Assembly (NCBI RefSeq): GCF_044704955.1
Contig: NC_091979.1
Coordinates: 318,618,001-318,682,000, forward strand
DNA from: Pristiophorus japonicus
Taxonomy: Eukaryota
Length of the DNA stretch: 64,000 nucleotides
Direction of reading: 5' to 3'
Part shown: one piece after another, positions 34,006 to 47,615 of the stretch
Layout of the letters: each line of letters starts with the position of its first letter
Numbering within the stretch: position 1 is the stretch's first letter
Translations under genes and position numbers: made by a program
The notes under the pieces: generated by a model
What the model was told of the DNA's origin: nothing
The model's input: the letters and a program-made list of their open reading frames with translations, nothing else
The model's database searches: none

Positions 34006-37000
34006 ACATAACATAAGAAGTAGGAACAGGAGTAGACCATCTAGCCCCTCGAGCCTGCTCTGGCATTCAACAAGATCATGGCTGATCTGGCCGTGGACTC
34101 AGCTCCACTTACCCGCCCGCTCCCCGTAACCCTTAATTCCCTTATTGGTTAAAAATCTATCTATCTGTGATTTGAATACATTCAATGATCTAGCCTCAAC
34201 TGCTTCCTTGGGCAGGGAATTCCACAGATTCTGGGAGAAGAAATTCCTTCTCAACTCGGTTTTAAATTGGCTCCCCTGTTTTTTGAGGCTGTGCCCCCTC
34301 GTTCTAGTCTCCCCGACCAGTGGAAACAACCTCTCTGCCTCTATCTTGTCTATCCCTTTCATTATTTTAAATGTTTCTATAAGATCACCCCTCATCCTTC
34401 TGAACTCCAACGAGTAAAGACCCAGTCTACTCAATCTATCATCATAAGGTAACCCCCTCATCTCCGGAATCAGCCTAGTGAATCGTCTCTGTACCCCCTT
34501 CAAAGCTAGTATATCCTTCCTTAAGTAAGGTGACCAAAACTGCACGCAGTATTCCAGGTGCGGTCTCACCAATACCCTGTACAGTTGCAGCAGGACCTCC
34601 CTGCTTTTGTACTCCATCCCTCTCGCAATGAAGGCCAACATTCCATTCACCTTCCTGATTACCTGCTGCACCTGCAAACTAACTTTTTGCGATTCATGCA
34701 CAAGGACCCCAGGTCCCTCTGCACCGCAGCATGTTGTAATTTTTCCCCATTCAAATAATATTCCCTTTTACTGTTTTTTTTCCCAAGGTGGATGACCTCA
34801 CATTTTCCGACATTGTATTCCATCTGCCAAACCTTAGCCCATTCGCTTAGCCTATCTAAATCTCTTTGCAGCCTCTCTGTGTCCTCTACACAACCCGCTT
34901 TCCCACTAATCTTTGTGTCATCTGCAAATTTTGTTACACTACACTCTGTCCCCTCTTCCAGGTCATCTATGTATATTGTAAACAGTTGTGGTCCCAGCAC
35001 CGATCCCTGTGGCAAACCACTAACCACCGATTTCCAACCCGAAAATGACCCATTTATCCCGACTCTCTGCTTTCTGTTCGCCAGCCAATTCTCGATCCAT
35101 GCTAATACATTTCCTCTGACTCCGCGTACCTTTATCTTCTGCAGTAACCTTTTATGTGGCACCTTATCGAATGCCTTTTGGAAATCTAAATATACCACAT
35201 CCATCGGTATACCTCTATCCACCATGCTCGATATATCCTCAAAGAATTCCAGTAAATTAATTAAAGGTGATTTCCCCTTCATGAATCCATGTTGCGTCTG
35301 CTTGATTGCACTATTCCTATCTAGATGTCCCGCTATTTCTTCCTTAATGATAGTTTCAAGCATTTTTCCCACTACAGATGTTAAACTAACCGGCCTATAG
35401 TTACCTGCCTTTTGTCTGCCCCCTTTTTTAAACAGGCGTTACATTAGCTGCTTTCCAATCCGATGGTACCTCCCCAGAGTCCAGAGAATTTTGGTAGATT
35501 ATAACTAATGCATCTGCTACAACTTCCGCCATCTCTTTTAATACCCTGGGATGCATTTCATCCAGACCAGGGGACTTGTCTACCTTGAGTCCCATTAGCC
35601 TGTCCAGCACTACCCACCTAGTGATAGTGATTGTCTCAAGGTCGTCCTATCCCACATTCCTGTGACCAGCAATTTTTGGCATGGTTTTTGTGTCTTCCAC
35701 TGTGAAGACCGAAGTGAAATAATTGTTTAAGGTCTCAGCCATTTCCACATTTCCCATTATTAAATCTCCCTTCTCATCTTCTAAGGGACCAACATTTACT
35801 TTAGTCACTCTTTTCCGTTTTATATATCTGTAAAAGCTTTTACTATCTGTTTTTATGTTTTGCGCGAATTTACTTTCGTAATCTATCTTTCCTTTCTTTA
35901 TTGCTTTCTTAGTCATTCTTTGCTGTGGTTTAAAATTTTCCCAATCTTCTAATTTCCCACTAACCTTGGCCACCTTATATGCATTGGTTTTTAATTTGAT
36001 ACTCTCCTTTATTTCCTTGGTTATCCATGGCTGGTTATCCCTTCTCTTACCGCCGTTCTTTTTCACTGGAATATATTTTTGTTGAGCACTATGAAAGAGC
36101 TCCTTAAAAGTCCTCCACTGTTCCTCAATTGTGCCACCGTTTAGTCTGTGTTTCCAGTCTACTTTAGCCAACTCTGCCCTCATCCCACTGTAGTCCCCTT
36201 TGTTTAAGCATAGTACGCTCGTTTGAGACACTACTTCCTCACCCTCAATCTGTATTACAAATTCAACCATACTTTGATCACTCATTCCGAGAGGATCTTT
36301 TACGAGGAGATCGTTTATTATCCCTGTCTCATTACACAGGACCAGATCTAAGATCGCTTGCTCCCTTGTAGGTTCTGTAACATACTGTTCTAAGAAACAA
36401 TCCTGTATGCATTCTATGAATTCTTCCTCAAGGCTACCCCGTGCGATTTGATTTGACCAATCGATATGTAGGCTAAAATCCCCCATGATTACTGCCGTTC
36501 CTTTTTCACATGCCTCCATTATTCCCTTGATTATTGTCCAGCCCACCGTGAAGTTATTATTTGGGGGCCTATAAACTACGCCCACCAGTGATTTTTTCCC
36601 CTTACTATCTCTAATGTCCACCCACAATGAATCAACATTTTGTTCATTAGAGCCAATATCGTCTCTCACAACTACCCTGATTTCATCCTTTATTAACAGA
36701 GCTACCCCACCTCCTTTCCCTTCTTGTCTATCTTTCCAAATTGTCAGATACCCCTGTATGTTCCCAGTCTTGGCCACCCTGCAACCACGTTTCTGTAATG
36801 GCCACCAAATCATACCCAGTTGTCATGATTTGTGCCGTCAACTCATTTACTTTATTTCGAATGCTGCGTGCATTTAGGTAGAGTGTTTTACTACTAGTTC
36901 TTAAACCATGATTTTTAGTTTTGACCCCTCCTGCAGCCCCTTATATTCATACATATTGTCCCTTCCTATCACCTTGTGGTTTACACTTACCCCAGTGCTA

Positions 37001-37372
37001 CTCTGCTCTGTTGCCTCCTGTCTTTTGCATTCTTTCTTGGGATCCTGTTCATCTGCGCTCTCACCTATTCAAACTAGCTCAGAGCCCTCTCCTGTGTTCC
37101 GAATACTCCTTGCATTGAGGCACCGAGCTTTCATGCTTGCCTTTTTATTACAATTTGACCCTTTAGAATTTTGCTGTACAGTGGCCCTTTTTGTTTTTTG
37201 CCTTGGGTTGCTCTGCCCTCCACTTTTACTCATCTCCTTTCTGTCATTTGCTTTTGTCTCCTTTTTGTTTCCCTCTGTCTCCCTGCATTGGTTCCCATCC
37301 CCCTGCCATATTAGTTTAACTCCTCCCCAACAGCACTAGCAGACACTCCCCCTCAGACATTGGTTCCGGTCC
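34006..37372 (-). mobile_element. CR1 LINE (near-complete ORF2 plus the end of ORF1), degenerate
   Basis: ORFs 35647-36813 (endonuclease), 35428-35610, 34659-35372 (RT, FADD) and 34099-34701, with the tail at 34006. Confidence 0.95.
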
Positions 37373-39109
37373 TAGGGGGACTCTGAAGTGCAACCCCTGA
37401 CTCAGGTGGAGGAATACCTCTCGGCCCTGATGGGTGCACAAGTGGGTGCGTCGGCGGTGGGTGAGGCTGATCCCCCTTGGTACAGTGACGGTATGTTGAG
37501 TTCCTTTACAGCCTCCAGCAGGCCACTCAGCCCTGACAGCAGAATCCTTCACCACTTTCCTGAGACAAGCATTTCCGAACATCTCTCCCATCCTGGCCCC
37601 CTCACCTGTAGGTAACCACTCTTCTCTTGCTTTGTACTTTCCGATGGCGACTCAGATGGCCAGGGGCCTGCACGTCAGCCTTCCACTGTTGGTGGTGGTG
37701 GAGAGGAGGAGGAGGCGAAGGACACCTCTCTGGATGTGACCGAGGATCCAGCGTCCTCAGAGAGCAGGGCCAGCAGCTTTTTGACGGAAGGCGTGGTCGG
37801 TGAGATTGAGGTGGGTGATGCTTCGGGACCCAGTGGCCTACAGCAGTGCCATGGGGGAGGGGAAAACAGGGGGCCAGCTCCCCGGAGGGTGAGTGTGCAC
37901 CTGAGTGATGCTCAGCAGCACTCTGATGATGAGCCCAAATTAGAGGATGTTGCAAGACAGTCATTGTGGATGCACAGTGATCTGCTGGGTGTATTGGCAA
38001 GGGTGTCCGAGAGTCTCAATGCACTAGCTGTGAAGATGGAGGAGCCTGCCTCAACTTATACACATGTCTCTCAGAGCCCGTGGAGTCCATCATTGGTCGA
38101 TATCAACAGATGTTGGATGCTTCCAGTGAGCATAGGGTCCCAAACGTGGTGGGACGGGCTATGGCTGAGTGGCAGTAGCGATTGAGCACCAGGTCGATGC
38201 TATGGTAGACCTGCATACTATCATGTCGTCAGTATGTGGTGGAATCAATCAGCTCTGTAATGTGCTGCAGATGCTGATGCAGAGCCAACTTGATGCCACG
38301 TAGCCACTGACTGCTGCCATCGTGTCTGCGGCCCCATCAGTTCAACTGGGACCTCACGTTGCCGAAGCAGGGCAGCAATCTGTTCTCACCCAGGTTGCTC
38401 CAGATGCTGAGGGAGTAGCAGCGTGTTGGGCCTTTTGCAATTTGATGTCCTCTCACAGGACGACATAATTCTGCACTTGCCCCTGCCGCTCTCTGCAACC
38501 CATCCACCACAGTGTGCTGCTGTCCATGCTGCGGTGATGTAGTCTGCATGGGCCCGAACTGGTGCAGCACGTCCTGCTAGGCCATCAGCTGTGGCAGCGG
38601 TGTCAATTGAGCGTCCTTCTACAAGCCTTACTGCGGGCACTGAGACCCTATTGAGGAGGAGCAGTAGGCGTCGGAGGGGGAGAAGCGAATGAGTGGAAAA
38701 ACACGAAGAAAGATCTACTAAAAATGTGTGTGCTAATGGCCAGAGATGGTGACCTTGCTCAAATATGAACTCATGTAAATAGTTGCACTTGGATGAGCCA
38801 CTAAAGAATTATGTGATCGTGGCCAGAGATGCTGTCTTGTTTGAATATGAATTAATCTAAATAGTTGCACGTGGATGTGGGTGAGAAAGTTTCAAGTGGT
38901 CTGATTTCAATTATTCTTTGCTGTGGATGATGGCATCCTTTTGTGCTTCTTTACAGCACACTGTGGTTTTTGTTGTCACACTCTTGACTTGCCATTTATA
39001 TACACAGATGCTGGGCGGGTGGGGCGCGATGTCTTCAGCAGATCGGCAGGTGAAGTAGACTGGCCATTCGGCACATCTTGTGTCATTCACTGGAATCGAT
39101 GCACGATGA

Positions 39110-40290
39110 ATCTCTGACGAGCAGTCTTTGCAGCCACAACAGTGTCAGGCTGCCTCCTCAGCACTTTGTCGTCCTCCTTATCGTCATTGTCCTCCTGAGG
39201 TGGAGCTGCCATCTCTTTTGGTAATGGCTAGCCCAACATGATGGCCAGGTTGTGCAGTATGCAGCACACAACAGTGAAGATGGACACTCTGTCAGGTGAG
39301 TACTGAAATGCCCCTCCAGAATGCTCAAGGCAGTGAAAACGTTGCTACAGAAACCTGATACTTTGCTCTCTAATGGTCCTGGTTGTGATATGACTGCTGT
39401 TGGAGCGCTGCTCGGCAGGTGTGGTGGGATTGTGGGCAAAAACACGTTCCAAAAGGCCCGACCCGCTGCTACTCACCCGGGGCAGAGCCTCAGCATCTGG
39501 TGTCATCAGCCAGGTGGCGAGACCATATCCTTTGTCGCCGATGAGCCAACCACACCATTCATGCGATAGCTGGAACAGTCAGGACACACTGCGCTCCTGA
39601 AGGATGAAGGCATCGTGGCAGCTGCCAGGATAGCGTGCATTGATACAGCGAGGATCATCTGCCTGTGATCGCAGACCAGCTGAACGTTGAGGGAGTGGTA
39701 GCCCTTTCGATAGCGGAACACCTCTCCATTGTGAGGCGGGGCCCTCAATGCCACATGCATACTGTCAATGGCCCCCTGAATCACGGGGAAGCCCGCTATC
39801 CTGGCAAAGCCATGGGGCCGCTCATCCTGGCTCTCCCTGGACATACTGAACTTTATGTAGACCATTCATCGGCTGCAGAGAGTGCAGACACCTGGCGAAT
39901 GCGGCAATGTACTGCAAACTGCGAGATGTTGCAGATATCACCGACAGGAGACTGGAAGGAGCCGGTAGCATAGAATTGGAGGGCAACTGTCATTTTCTCT
40001 GCTATTGACAGCGAGGTCCTGGTGCCAATGTCAGCTTCGAGTTATGTCTGCAGGAGGTGGTAGAGCTCAGTAACGACCTCCTTCCGGAACCGCAGTCTTT
40101 TTATGTACAGCTCCTCGGACATATCCAGGTAAGAATAATGCACACGGTAACCCCTGCGTCTCTACGGTCTCTTGCCCTGACATCTGGGGCCTCTCCTCTG
40201 GCATGGACCCACATTGGCCTGAAGCTGTCTCTATAGCCGGTGCCTTGGAAATATTCACTGCAGGACGAAGTTGTGTGCCATCACTGCCCC
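39110..40290 (-). pseudogene. Harbinger (HARBI1-like) DDE transposase, degenerate
   Basis: ALQFYATGSFQ..GFARIAGFPVIQGAIDSMHVAL..YRKGYHSLNVQLVCD..GDKGY..VVCCILHNLAI. Confidence 0.9.
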
Positions 40291-40997
40291 CATTAATTTG
40301 CAGAAGTTAGCCGCGATATGGTAGTTGCAAATGGATCCAACCTGAAACCCACCAATGTTTGCGAAATGCTCGTTGTGAAGCTGAGTAGTCGCAGCACGCC
40401 AACACCTACACACTCTGCGAGGAGAGAACGCAACACTGACCGCGACCTCTGTGGCCGGCTGCTACTCCCTTTAATTACTGCCCCTTGATTTACCTTGATT
40501 TGTGAATGGTAACTTTTTTTGGCGTGTTCCCCGCCAGCCGGTAAGTGAGGCAGAAAAATGAATTTGGCGAGACCGGCACCAAGGAGGCATTGCACGCGTA
40601 CTGATGTCAGGATTTCCATGGCGATAGTCGGCGAGGCGGAAAATCTTTGCACCCTTGAAGAAGCAGAACCGAATTTCCCATCAGGCAGCACCACCGTCTA
40701 ACGCTGCCGCCGAGCCATTTACGCCCCATTGCCGCCTCTCCCAGGTGGTATCAGCTGGCGGTACAACCGAATTTCGACCCCTGAGATTTCGCGCCAGGCG
40801 CTAATGCTTTAGATTGCATGCAAAATTCATTCTCACTGCTCAAAGAAATGATTTGGGCGCTAAATCAAGTCTTAAAGGCCTAGTTCAGTGGTGTCACACT
40901 CACAGGGTGGACGGATATCGGGTGCAGTCTAATCACAACTCATTATTGCCACAGGTTTTTGCCAGTACTTAAAGGGAAGGTTCTTTGATACTGCAGC

Positions 40998-43900
40998 CAG
41001 GGACGGATTAAGAGTGCCTTGGGGCCCGGCTAGTATCCTGATCATGGGCCCCCTACTCCCATTCACATCCTGCAGTAAATGACATTAGTGAGCTAAGTCA
41101 CAGGACACTACACTGAGTATGTATCCGGTCAAGGTCAGGTCAGGTCTACGCCTCAGGTTATGTTCTCATTGCTACTATAACGACTCCCATTTAATATTTT
41201 ATGTTTCCAAATAATCAAACCGATACCTTGATGAAACCCTGTATAAACAGTAAACAACAACGCTTTAATTTTTACAAATCCTTACATTTTGAAACTAAAT
41301 CGACAATGACAACAATTTCGAATAAGACTGTGCAATTTTATTGGAAGACCATCATTTGTCATTTGTATTCTATTTTCTCCACAGAGGCAACTACCATTAC
41401 ATTGGTCTTTTCCTAGATTTTTGTCGGCTAAACTCGTCAATGATTTTTGAGAAGTCAAGTCCTCGCAGTACTTCGCTCTTAATTCTCACGATTGAAAGAC
41501 TATTAAGTCAATCTTGTCCCATTCGGTTCCAGACCTCATCCTTGATGCGTTTTAGTTTCGAGAAGGATTGGTCACCACTGCAATTTGATACCATCCTCGA
41601 CAGGTATATCCGAAGAGCTATTTCAGTGTTAGAAAAGGTTTGGGTGAGGGCGTGTCTATTGAGCAATTGGTACATTCTCAGCTCTGATGGCTTAGTTTGT
41701 TTGACACAACTTGAGGGTTGAAGCTCTGTTGAGGATGCCACCAAGCTAGAAAACTGGATGAATTAATTTTCAATCCTAGGTTCCAGATTGTTGGGATAGG
41801 AACAGGCAAGATTTGCTGTGGTTTGCTTGATCTCATGAGTCGAGAGAGCGGCTAGCTTGGACAGGAATCCAAACTTACAGTTGATTTCCTTGTGTGCTTC
41901 AAGGTGATGTTTCAAGGTATTGATTAGTTGATCAATGATGACAAGGAACACTTCAGTTTTGAATTTCTCCTTGGGTGACAGCACAATGTTTTCAGCGTCT
42001 CCATCGTCATAGTGGCGACTGCATACCTGAACGTGCCTCGGAGCTGAATTGTACTCATTCTGGCCACAGTTTAATCCCTCGGGCTTCGAAGTCCTCAAAC
42101 TCTGTTCACCGTGTCTTGACAAAATCGACAAGGGACCCGAGTAAGGACATCATGACATTTAGATTCAAGCCGATCTCTTGAAGCGAGAGATTGGTCAGGT
42201 GAAAGCGCTTCAAGACTGTGTTCCAAATAACAATGAGAATCGCTGAATCCAGGTCGCCCAGTTTGTCAAGGATCAACTGAGCTTCATTTCAGCATTCAAC
42301 TTTCTGTTTCACCTCAGTTGCCAGGGATTCCAACACTTCACATATGGGAGTGTAATCTTTGAGCAGGGCTGACACTGCTTCATACCTCGCTGACCATCGA
42401 GTAGCAGAAAGCTGTTTGACGACAGACAGCCCTAAAGGCTTTCATTTTTCATAAAGCAGTCGCCAGCGATACGTTGATGCAGAGAGAAAAGTGTACAACT
42501 TTTGTACAATGTCAAAAATCTGATGATCACTGGGCTGCGTTCGGCATTGTTTTTCCCCACAAGGTTGAGTGAGTGTGCTGTGCATGGTATAAACGTCGCA
42601 TATGGGCATTGCTCTTTGATGATAATTTGGACACCAATGTATTTACCACTCGTATTTGAAGCATTATCATAAGATTGTCTGTGGCAATTTTGTACATCAA
42701 TCCCATTCTCATCCAGAAAGGCCAGTGTTATTTCTATTATTTCTATTATTTCTTGTCCAGTATGACCGATTATCGGCAACAACATGAGGAATCTTTCCTC
42801 AGGATCAGTCGGTAGAACATAGCGGACAACAAATGTCAGCTGATCTGAGTGTGTGGCATCTGGTGTTGAATCAACAGATACTGAATAGAACTTCACTGAT
42901 TTCAATTCCTGGATAATTGTCTCAAGTACTTTGCCACCCATCAGACTAATCAGTTCTTCACAAGTGGTGGAAGACAAGTATGAAGTATGCCCCTTGCCTT
43001 TGTTGGCAAACTGCTTGATGTGTTCAGCAAGAAATGCATCGTCGTTTGCGAGATCCTCCAACACACCCAGATAATTACCATTTCTTGGAGACCCAACGAT
43101 TTTGTCTCCACCTCGCAATGAAAGACCTCGTTCACAGAGAAATGTTATGACACAGACAGCCCGTTCTAGCACCTTGCGACAGCACTGCAATTCATTTTCA
43201 AACTTGAAGACAATATGACCATCCACAAAACCAGTGCCTGCTTGTCCAGTGCACATTACTACCATGGCTTCTCTGTGCTGGTGGCTGTTTTCGTGAGATG
43301 AAATCGTCTCATCTCCATGCATCTAGTCATTAAACCCATGAGTAAAGTAGCTTCTTATTCGTGCTGTGACCTTGCAAACAAAGCAGTATACACTACCATT
43401 TGAAGGTAACTAACAGAGCCACATTCACTCCACACGTTCCCCTGTCAGTTGGTGCACACGTGTGAAGAAGGACTTCGAGCAGTATCAGTGACATCCTTCC
43501 TTGGCATGAATCACACCGGAGTTTTGGAAGTCTTTATCACAGTTTCGGTGGTCCTCACTACCTTTTGCAACCCAATGGCTTTACATGTCTTCTGAGATAT
43601 TGTCTCCCCACAGCCCAATGTCGCTCGTAAGTTGCGCCTCTTTCAGCTCAGTATGTGACAGTTGGTTGTCATCTTCTTCAACTTTTTAGACTTGGAGCTC
43701 CAACTCGCCCAACTCCGAGTCTGGTGCCACGAGTGGTTTCATTGTTGAACTTAACTGCACAGCGTCATCTTGGCCTTCATCTTCATGATCTTGAGGTTTT
43801 AGCTGGAAAAAATGTTCTAGTTTAAGCAGTTTAGCTACTTCTCGTCTCTTTTGCTCCTTGCGTAGCTCGTGTTCTTTCCTTTTTTTAACCCGGATTTGTG

Positions 43901-45221
43901 TGTAGAATGCATCTCTAGAAAAAGGGCATCTAGAGGCTGTTTACATCAAGTCGACAATAACATGCGCCTGAGCCCTCGTGGCTTCACTCCACTCCTGCTA
44001 CGTCACTTACCTCAATACTGTTTACCCTTACCCTTAATCCCACCCTGTATGGGCCCCACTCTCGGCTTGGGCCCCACTCTCGGCTTGGGCCCCACTCTCG
44101 GCTTGGGCCCCACTCTCGGCTTGGGCCCCACTCTCGGCTTGGGCCCCACTCTAGGCTTGGGCCCCACTCTAGGCTTGGGCCCCACTCTCGGCTTGGGCCC
44201 CACTCTCGGCTTGGGCCCCACTCTAGGCTTGGGCCCCACTCTAGGCTTGGGCCCCACTCTCGGCTTGGGCCCCACTCTCGGCTTGGGCCCCACTCTAGGC
44301 TTGGGCCCCACTCTAGGCTTGGGCCCCACTCTAGGCTTGGGCCCCACTCTCGGCTTGGGCCCCACTCTAGGCTTGGGCCCCACTCTAGGCTTGGGCCCCA
44401 CTCTAGGCTTGGGCCCCACTCTAGGCTTGGGCCCCACTCTCGGCTTGGGCACCACTCTAGGCTTGGGCCCCACTCTCGGCTTGGGCCCCACTCTAGGCTT
44501 GGGCACCACTCTCGGCTTGGGCACCACTCTAGGCTTGGGCCCCACTCTTGGCTTGGGCACCACTCTAGGCTTGGGCCCCACTCTCGGCTTGGGCCCCACT
44601 CTCGGCTTGGGCCCCACTCTCGGCCCACTCTCGGCTTGGGCACCACTCTAGGCTTGGGCCCCACTCTAGGCTTGGGCCCCACTCTAGGCTTGGGCACCCC
44701 TCTAGGCTTGGGCACCACTCTAGGCTTGGGCACCACTCTAGGCTTGGGCCCCACTCTAGGCTTGGGCACCACTCTCGGCTTGGGCCCCACTCTCGGCTTG
44801 GGCCCCACTCTAGGCTTGGGCCCCACTCTAGGCTTGGGCCCCACTCTAGGCTTGAGCCCCACTCTAGGCTTGGGCCCCACTCTAGGCTTGGGCCCCACTC
44901 TAGGCTTGGGCCCCACTCTAGGCTTGAGCCCCACTCTAGGCTTGAGCCCCACTCTAGGCTTGGGCCCCACTCTAGGCTTGGGCCCCACTCTAGGCTTGGG
45001 CCCCACTCTAGGCTTGGGCCCCACTCTAGGCTTGGGCCCCACTCTAGGCTTGAGCCCCACTCTAGGCTTGGCCCCACTCTAGGCTTGGGCCCCACTCTAG
45101 GCTTGGGCCCCACTCTAGGCTTGGGCCCCACTCTAGGCTTGAGCCCCACTCTAGGCTTGGCCCCACTCTAGGCTTGAGCCCTAGGCGACTGCCCCATTTG
45201 CCTCCCCTTCATTTGTCTCTG
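40998..45221 (-). mobile_element. hAT transposon (ZMYM1-like/Tip100-type transposase), full length but decayed
   Basis: Imperfect TIRs cagggacggatt and catttgtctctg; 8-bp TSD actgcagc / accacagc. Transposase pieces at ~41410-43910: RNGNYLG..YLSSTTCEELI..FYSVSVDSTPD..QSYDNASN..PCTAHSLNL..SNCSGDQSFSKLKRIK. Confidence 0.9.
44050..45185. repeat. 18-bp minisatellite (cactctaggcttgggccc), ~62 copies, in the hAT subterminal region
   Basis: Direct periodicity; produces the LGLGPT / VGPKPR pseudo-ORFs. Confidence 0.95.
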
Positions 45222-46197
45222 ACCACAGCAGCACATTCTCAGCATTGCTGGCTGTGCAGCTGCCTCACGAGGAGAAGCACAACAAGGAGAGGGAGTTGGA
45301 GGTCTGGAACAGGTGTGCTGATGGCAGATCCACCTCAGTCAGGTGGTCAGGGTGATTGAATACTTCAACAAATGCTACATACCACCATCTGTACCACAAG
45401 CTTCACACACTGCCCAAAGGACCAGACTCCTAGCACTTATCAACCAACAATCTCCACCTACTAACACTCACACCCACAGCTCACGCCTTGTAGACAATGA
45501 CAGCTATTTAACTATGGCAGCACAAGGGTCATTAGTTATTCGAATGAATGTGATATGTGTGATATGTTTACGCGCAAATTTATTAATGGAGTTTGCAATA
45601 TGTTGTGGTCTCCCTTATTTCACCCTTGTGCCCAGGAGGACGCTGTCATAGGGCAGGACATAGTGATGGTGTGATGGACATGTGATGAGCAAAAGGTTTC
45701 TGGGGTTTAAGTCATCCTGGTGAGAGCCCTGATGCCCCTCCTCATCCCTGTGAGCACATGTTCCCACATTTCTGGCTGCCTACGCTCTCTCCGCCGTAGA
45801 CCCTGGAGGGCGAGGTGACATGTGTAGCAGTGTGGCAAATGTGGCAGTGTAAATCTGTGAACAATAAATGTAGCCACTTTGTGAAACAATGCTGATAAAA
45901 ATGAACCTTGAAATGACTCATACAAACTGATCCCCTGGCTGAAACTGACCAGAGACCTCAGAAACTAACCTGCTGATAGGTGCGAGTGATTAATGCGGAT
46001 GCCAGCATCCTGAAGCTGTGTGCCTCCTCTCCCTGTCACTGTCTGGTCCAGGTGCAAAGTTAAACATCCAGAATGAATTTGGCAGATTGGGCGCTCGCTG
46101 ATGTCACGATCTGCCTGGCATTGAAGTCCCCGGCGGTACCTTGTATCGGCAGCGCAACGGAGGGTCCGGATTTGCTGTGCACCGCGAGATTCGCCTC

Positions 46198-47598
46198 ACC
46201 CCAGTTCTCAATCCACGTCAGCACACTTCCCCCAATCCCATGTGCTTTAACTTTGCACATTAATCTCCTGTGTGGGACCTTGTCGAAAGCCTTCTGAAAG
46301 TCCAAATATACCACATCAACTGGTACTCCTTTGTCCACTTTACTGGAAACATCCTCAAAAAATTCCAGAAGGTTTGTCAAGCATGATCTCCCTTTCACAA
46401 ATCCATGCTGACTTGGACCTATCATGTCACCATTTTCCAAATGCGCTGCTATGACATCCTTAATAATTGATTCCATCATTTTACCCACTACTGAGGTCAG
46501 GCTGACCGGTCTATAATTCCCTGCTTTCTCTCTCCCTCCTTTTTTAAAAAATGGGGTTACATTGGCTACCCTCCACTCGATAGGAACTGATCCAGAGTCA
46601 ATGGAATGTTGGAAAATGACTGTCAATGCATCCGCTATTTCCAAGGCCACCTCCTTAAGTACTCTGGGATGCAGTCCATCAGGCCCTGGGGATTTATCGG
46701 CCTTCAATCCCATCAATTTCCCCAACACAATTTCCCGACTAATAAAGATTTCCCTCAGTTCCTCCTCCTTACTAGACCCTCTGACCCCTTTTATATCCGG
46801 AAGGTTGTTTGTGTCCTCCTTAGTGAATACTGAACCAAAGTACTTGTTCAATTGGTCCGCCATTTCTTTGTTCCTCGTTATGACTTCCCCTGATTCTCAC
46901 TGCAGGGTACCTACGTTTGTCTTTACTAACCTTTTTCTCTTTACATACCTGTAGAAACTTTTGCAATCCGCCTTAATGTTCCCTGCAAGCTTCTTCTCGT
47001 ACTCCATTTTCCCTGCCCTAATCAAACCCTTTGTCCTCCTCTGCTGAGTTCTAAATTTCTCCCAGTCCCCGGGTTCGCTACTATTTCTGGCCAATTTGTA
47101 TGCCATTTCCTTGGCTTCAATACTATCCCTGATTTCCCCAGATAGCCACGGTTGAGCCACCTTCCCTTTTTTATTTTTACGCCAGACAGGAATGTACAAT
47201 TGTTGTAATTCATCCATGCGGTCTCTAAATGTCTGCCATTGCCCATCCACAGTCAACCCCTTAATTATCATTAGCCAATCTATCTGAGCCAATTCATGCC
47301 TCATACCTTCAAAGTTACCCTTCTTTAAGTTCTGGACCATGGTCTCTGAATTAACTGTTTCATTCTCCATCCTAATGCAGAATTCCACCATATTATGGTC
47401 ACTCTTCCCCAAGGGGCCTCGCACAATGAGATTGCTAATTAATCCTCTCTCATTACACAACACCCAGTCTCAGATGGCCTCCCCCCTAGTTGGTTCCTCG
47501 ACATATTGGTCTAGAAAACCATCCCTTATGCACTCCAGGAAATCCTCCTCCACCGTATTGCTTCCAGTTTGGCTAGCCCAATCTATGTGCATATTAAA
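46198..47598 (-). mobile_element. CR1 internal fragment (EN-RT), truncated at both ends
   Basis: ORFs 46897-47463 and 46060-46863: PLGKSDH..KSPGPDGLHP..NYRPVSLTS..LDFQKAFD. Confidence 0.93.
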
Positions 47599-47615
47599 GA
47601 AGAATTATTTGATCT

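Larger units (their letters stand above)
33050..38690 (+). pseudogene. Harbinger Myb/SANT DNA-binding gene (multi-exon, disrupted)
   Basis: RQRALRFSDTAIDALLDTLERRRELL..LWWEVAEIVS, with a donor gtgagt near 33535. The second exon is split by the CR1 (33957-34005 and 37373-37490), and a low-complexity last exon follows. Confidence 0.7.
32717..40781. mobile_element. Full-length PIF/Harbinger transposon (Myb/SANT gene on +, transposase on -, convergent), interrupted by a CR1
   Basis: TIRs ggggtcgaaattcggtcgcgccg and cggtacaaccgaatttcgacccc, with a TGA target-site duplication at 32714-32716 and 40782-40784. Confidence 0.92.

Noticed and set aside
39110-43910. Domesticated host genes HARBI1 or ZMYM1 (also 61525-62713)
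   Set aside because: The ORFs have multiple stops and frameshifts and lie within TIR-bounded transposons.
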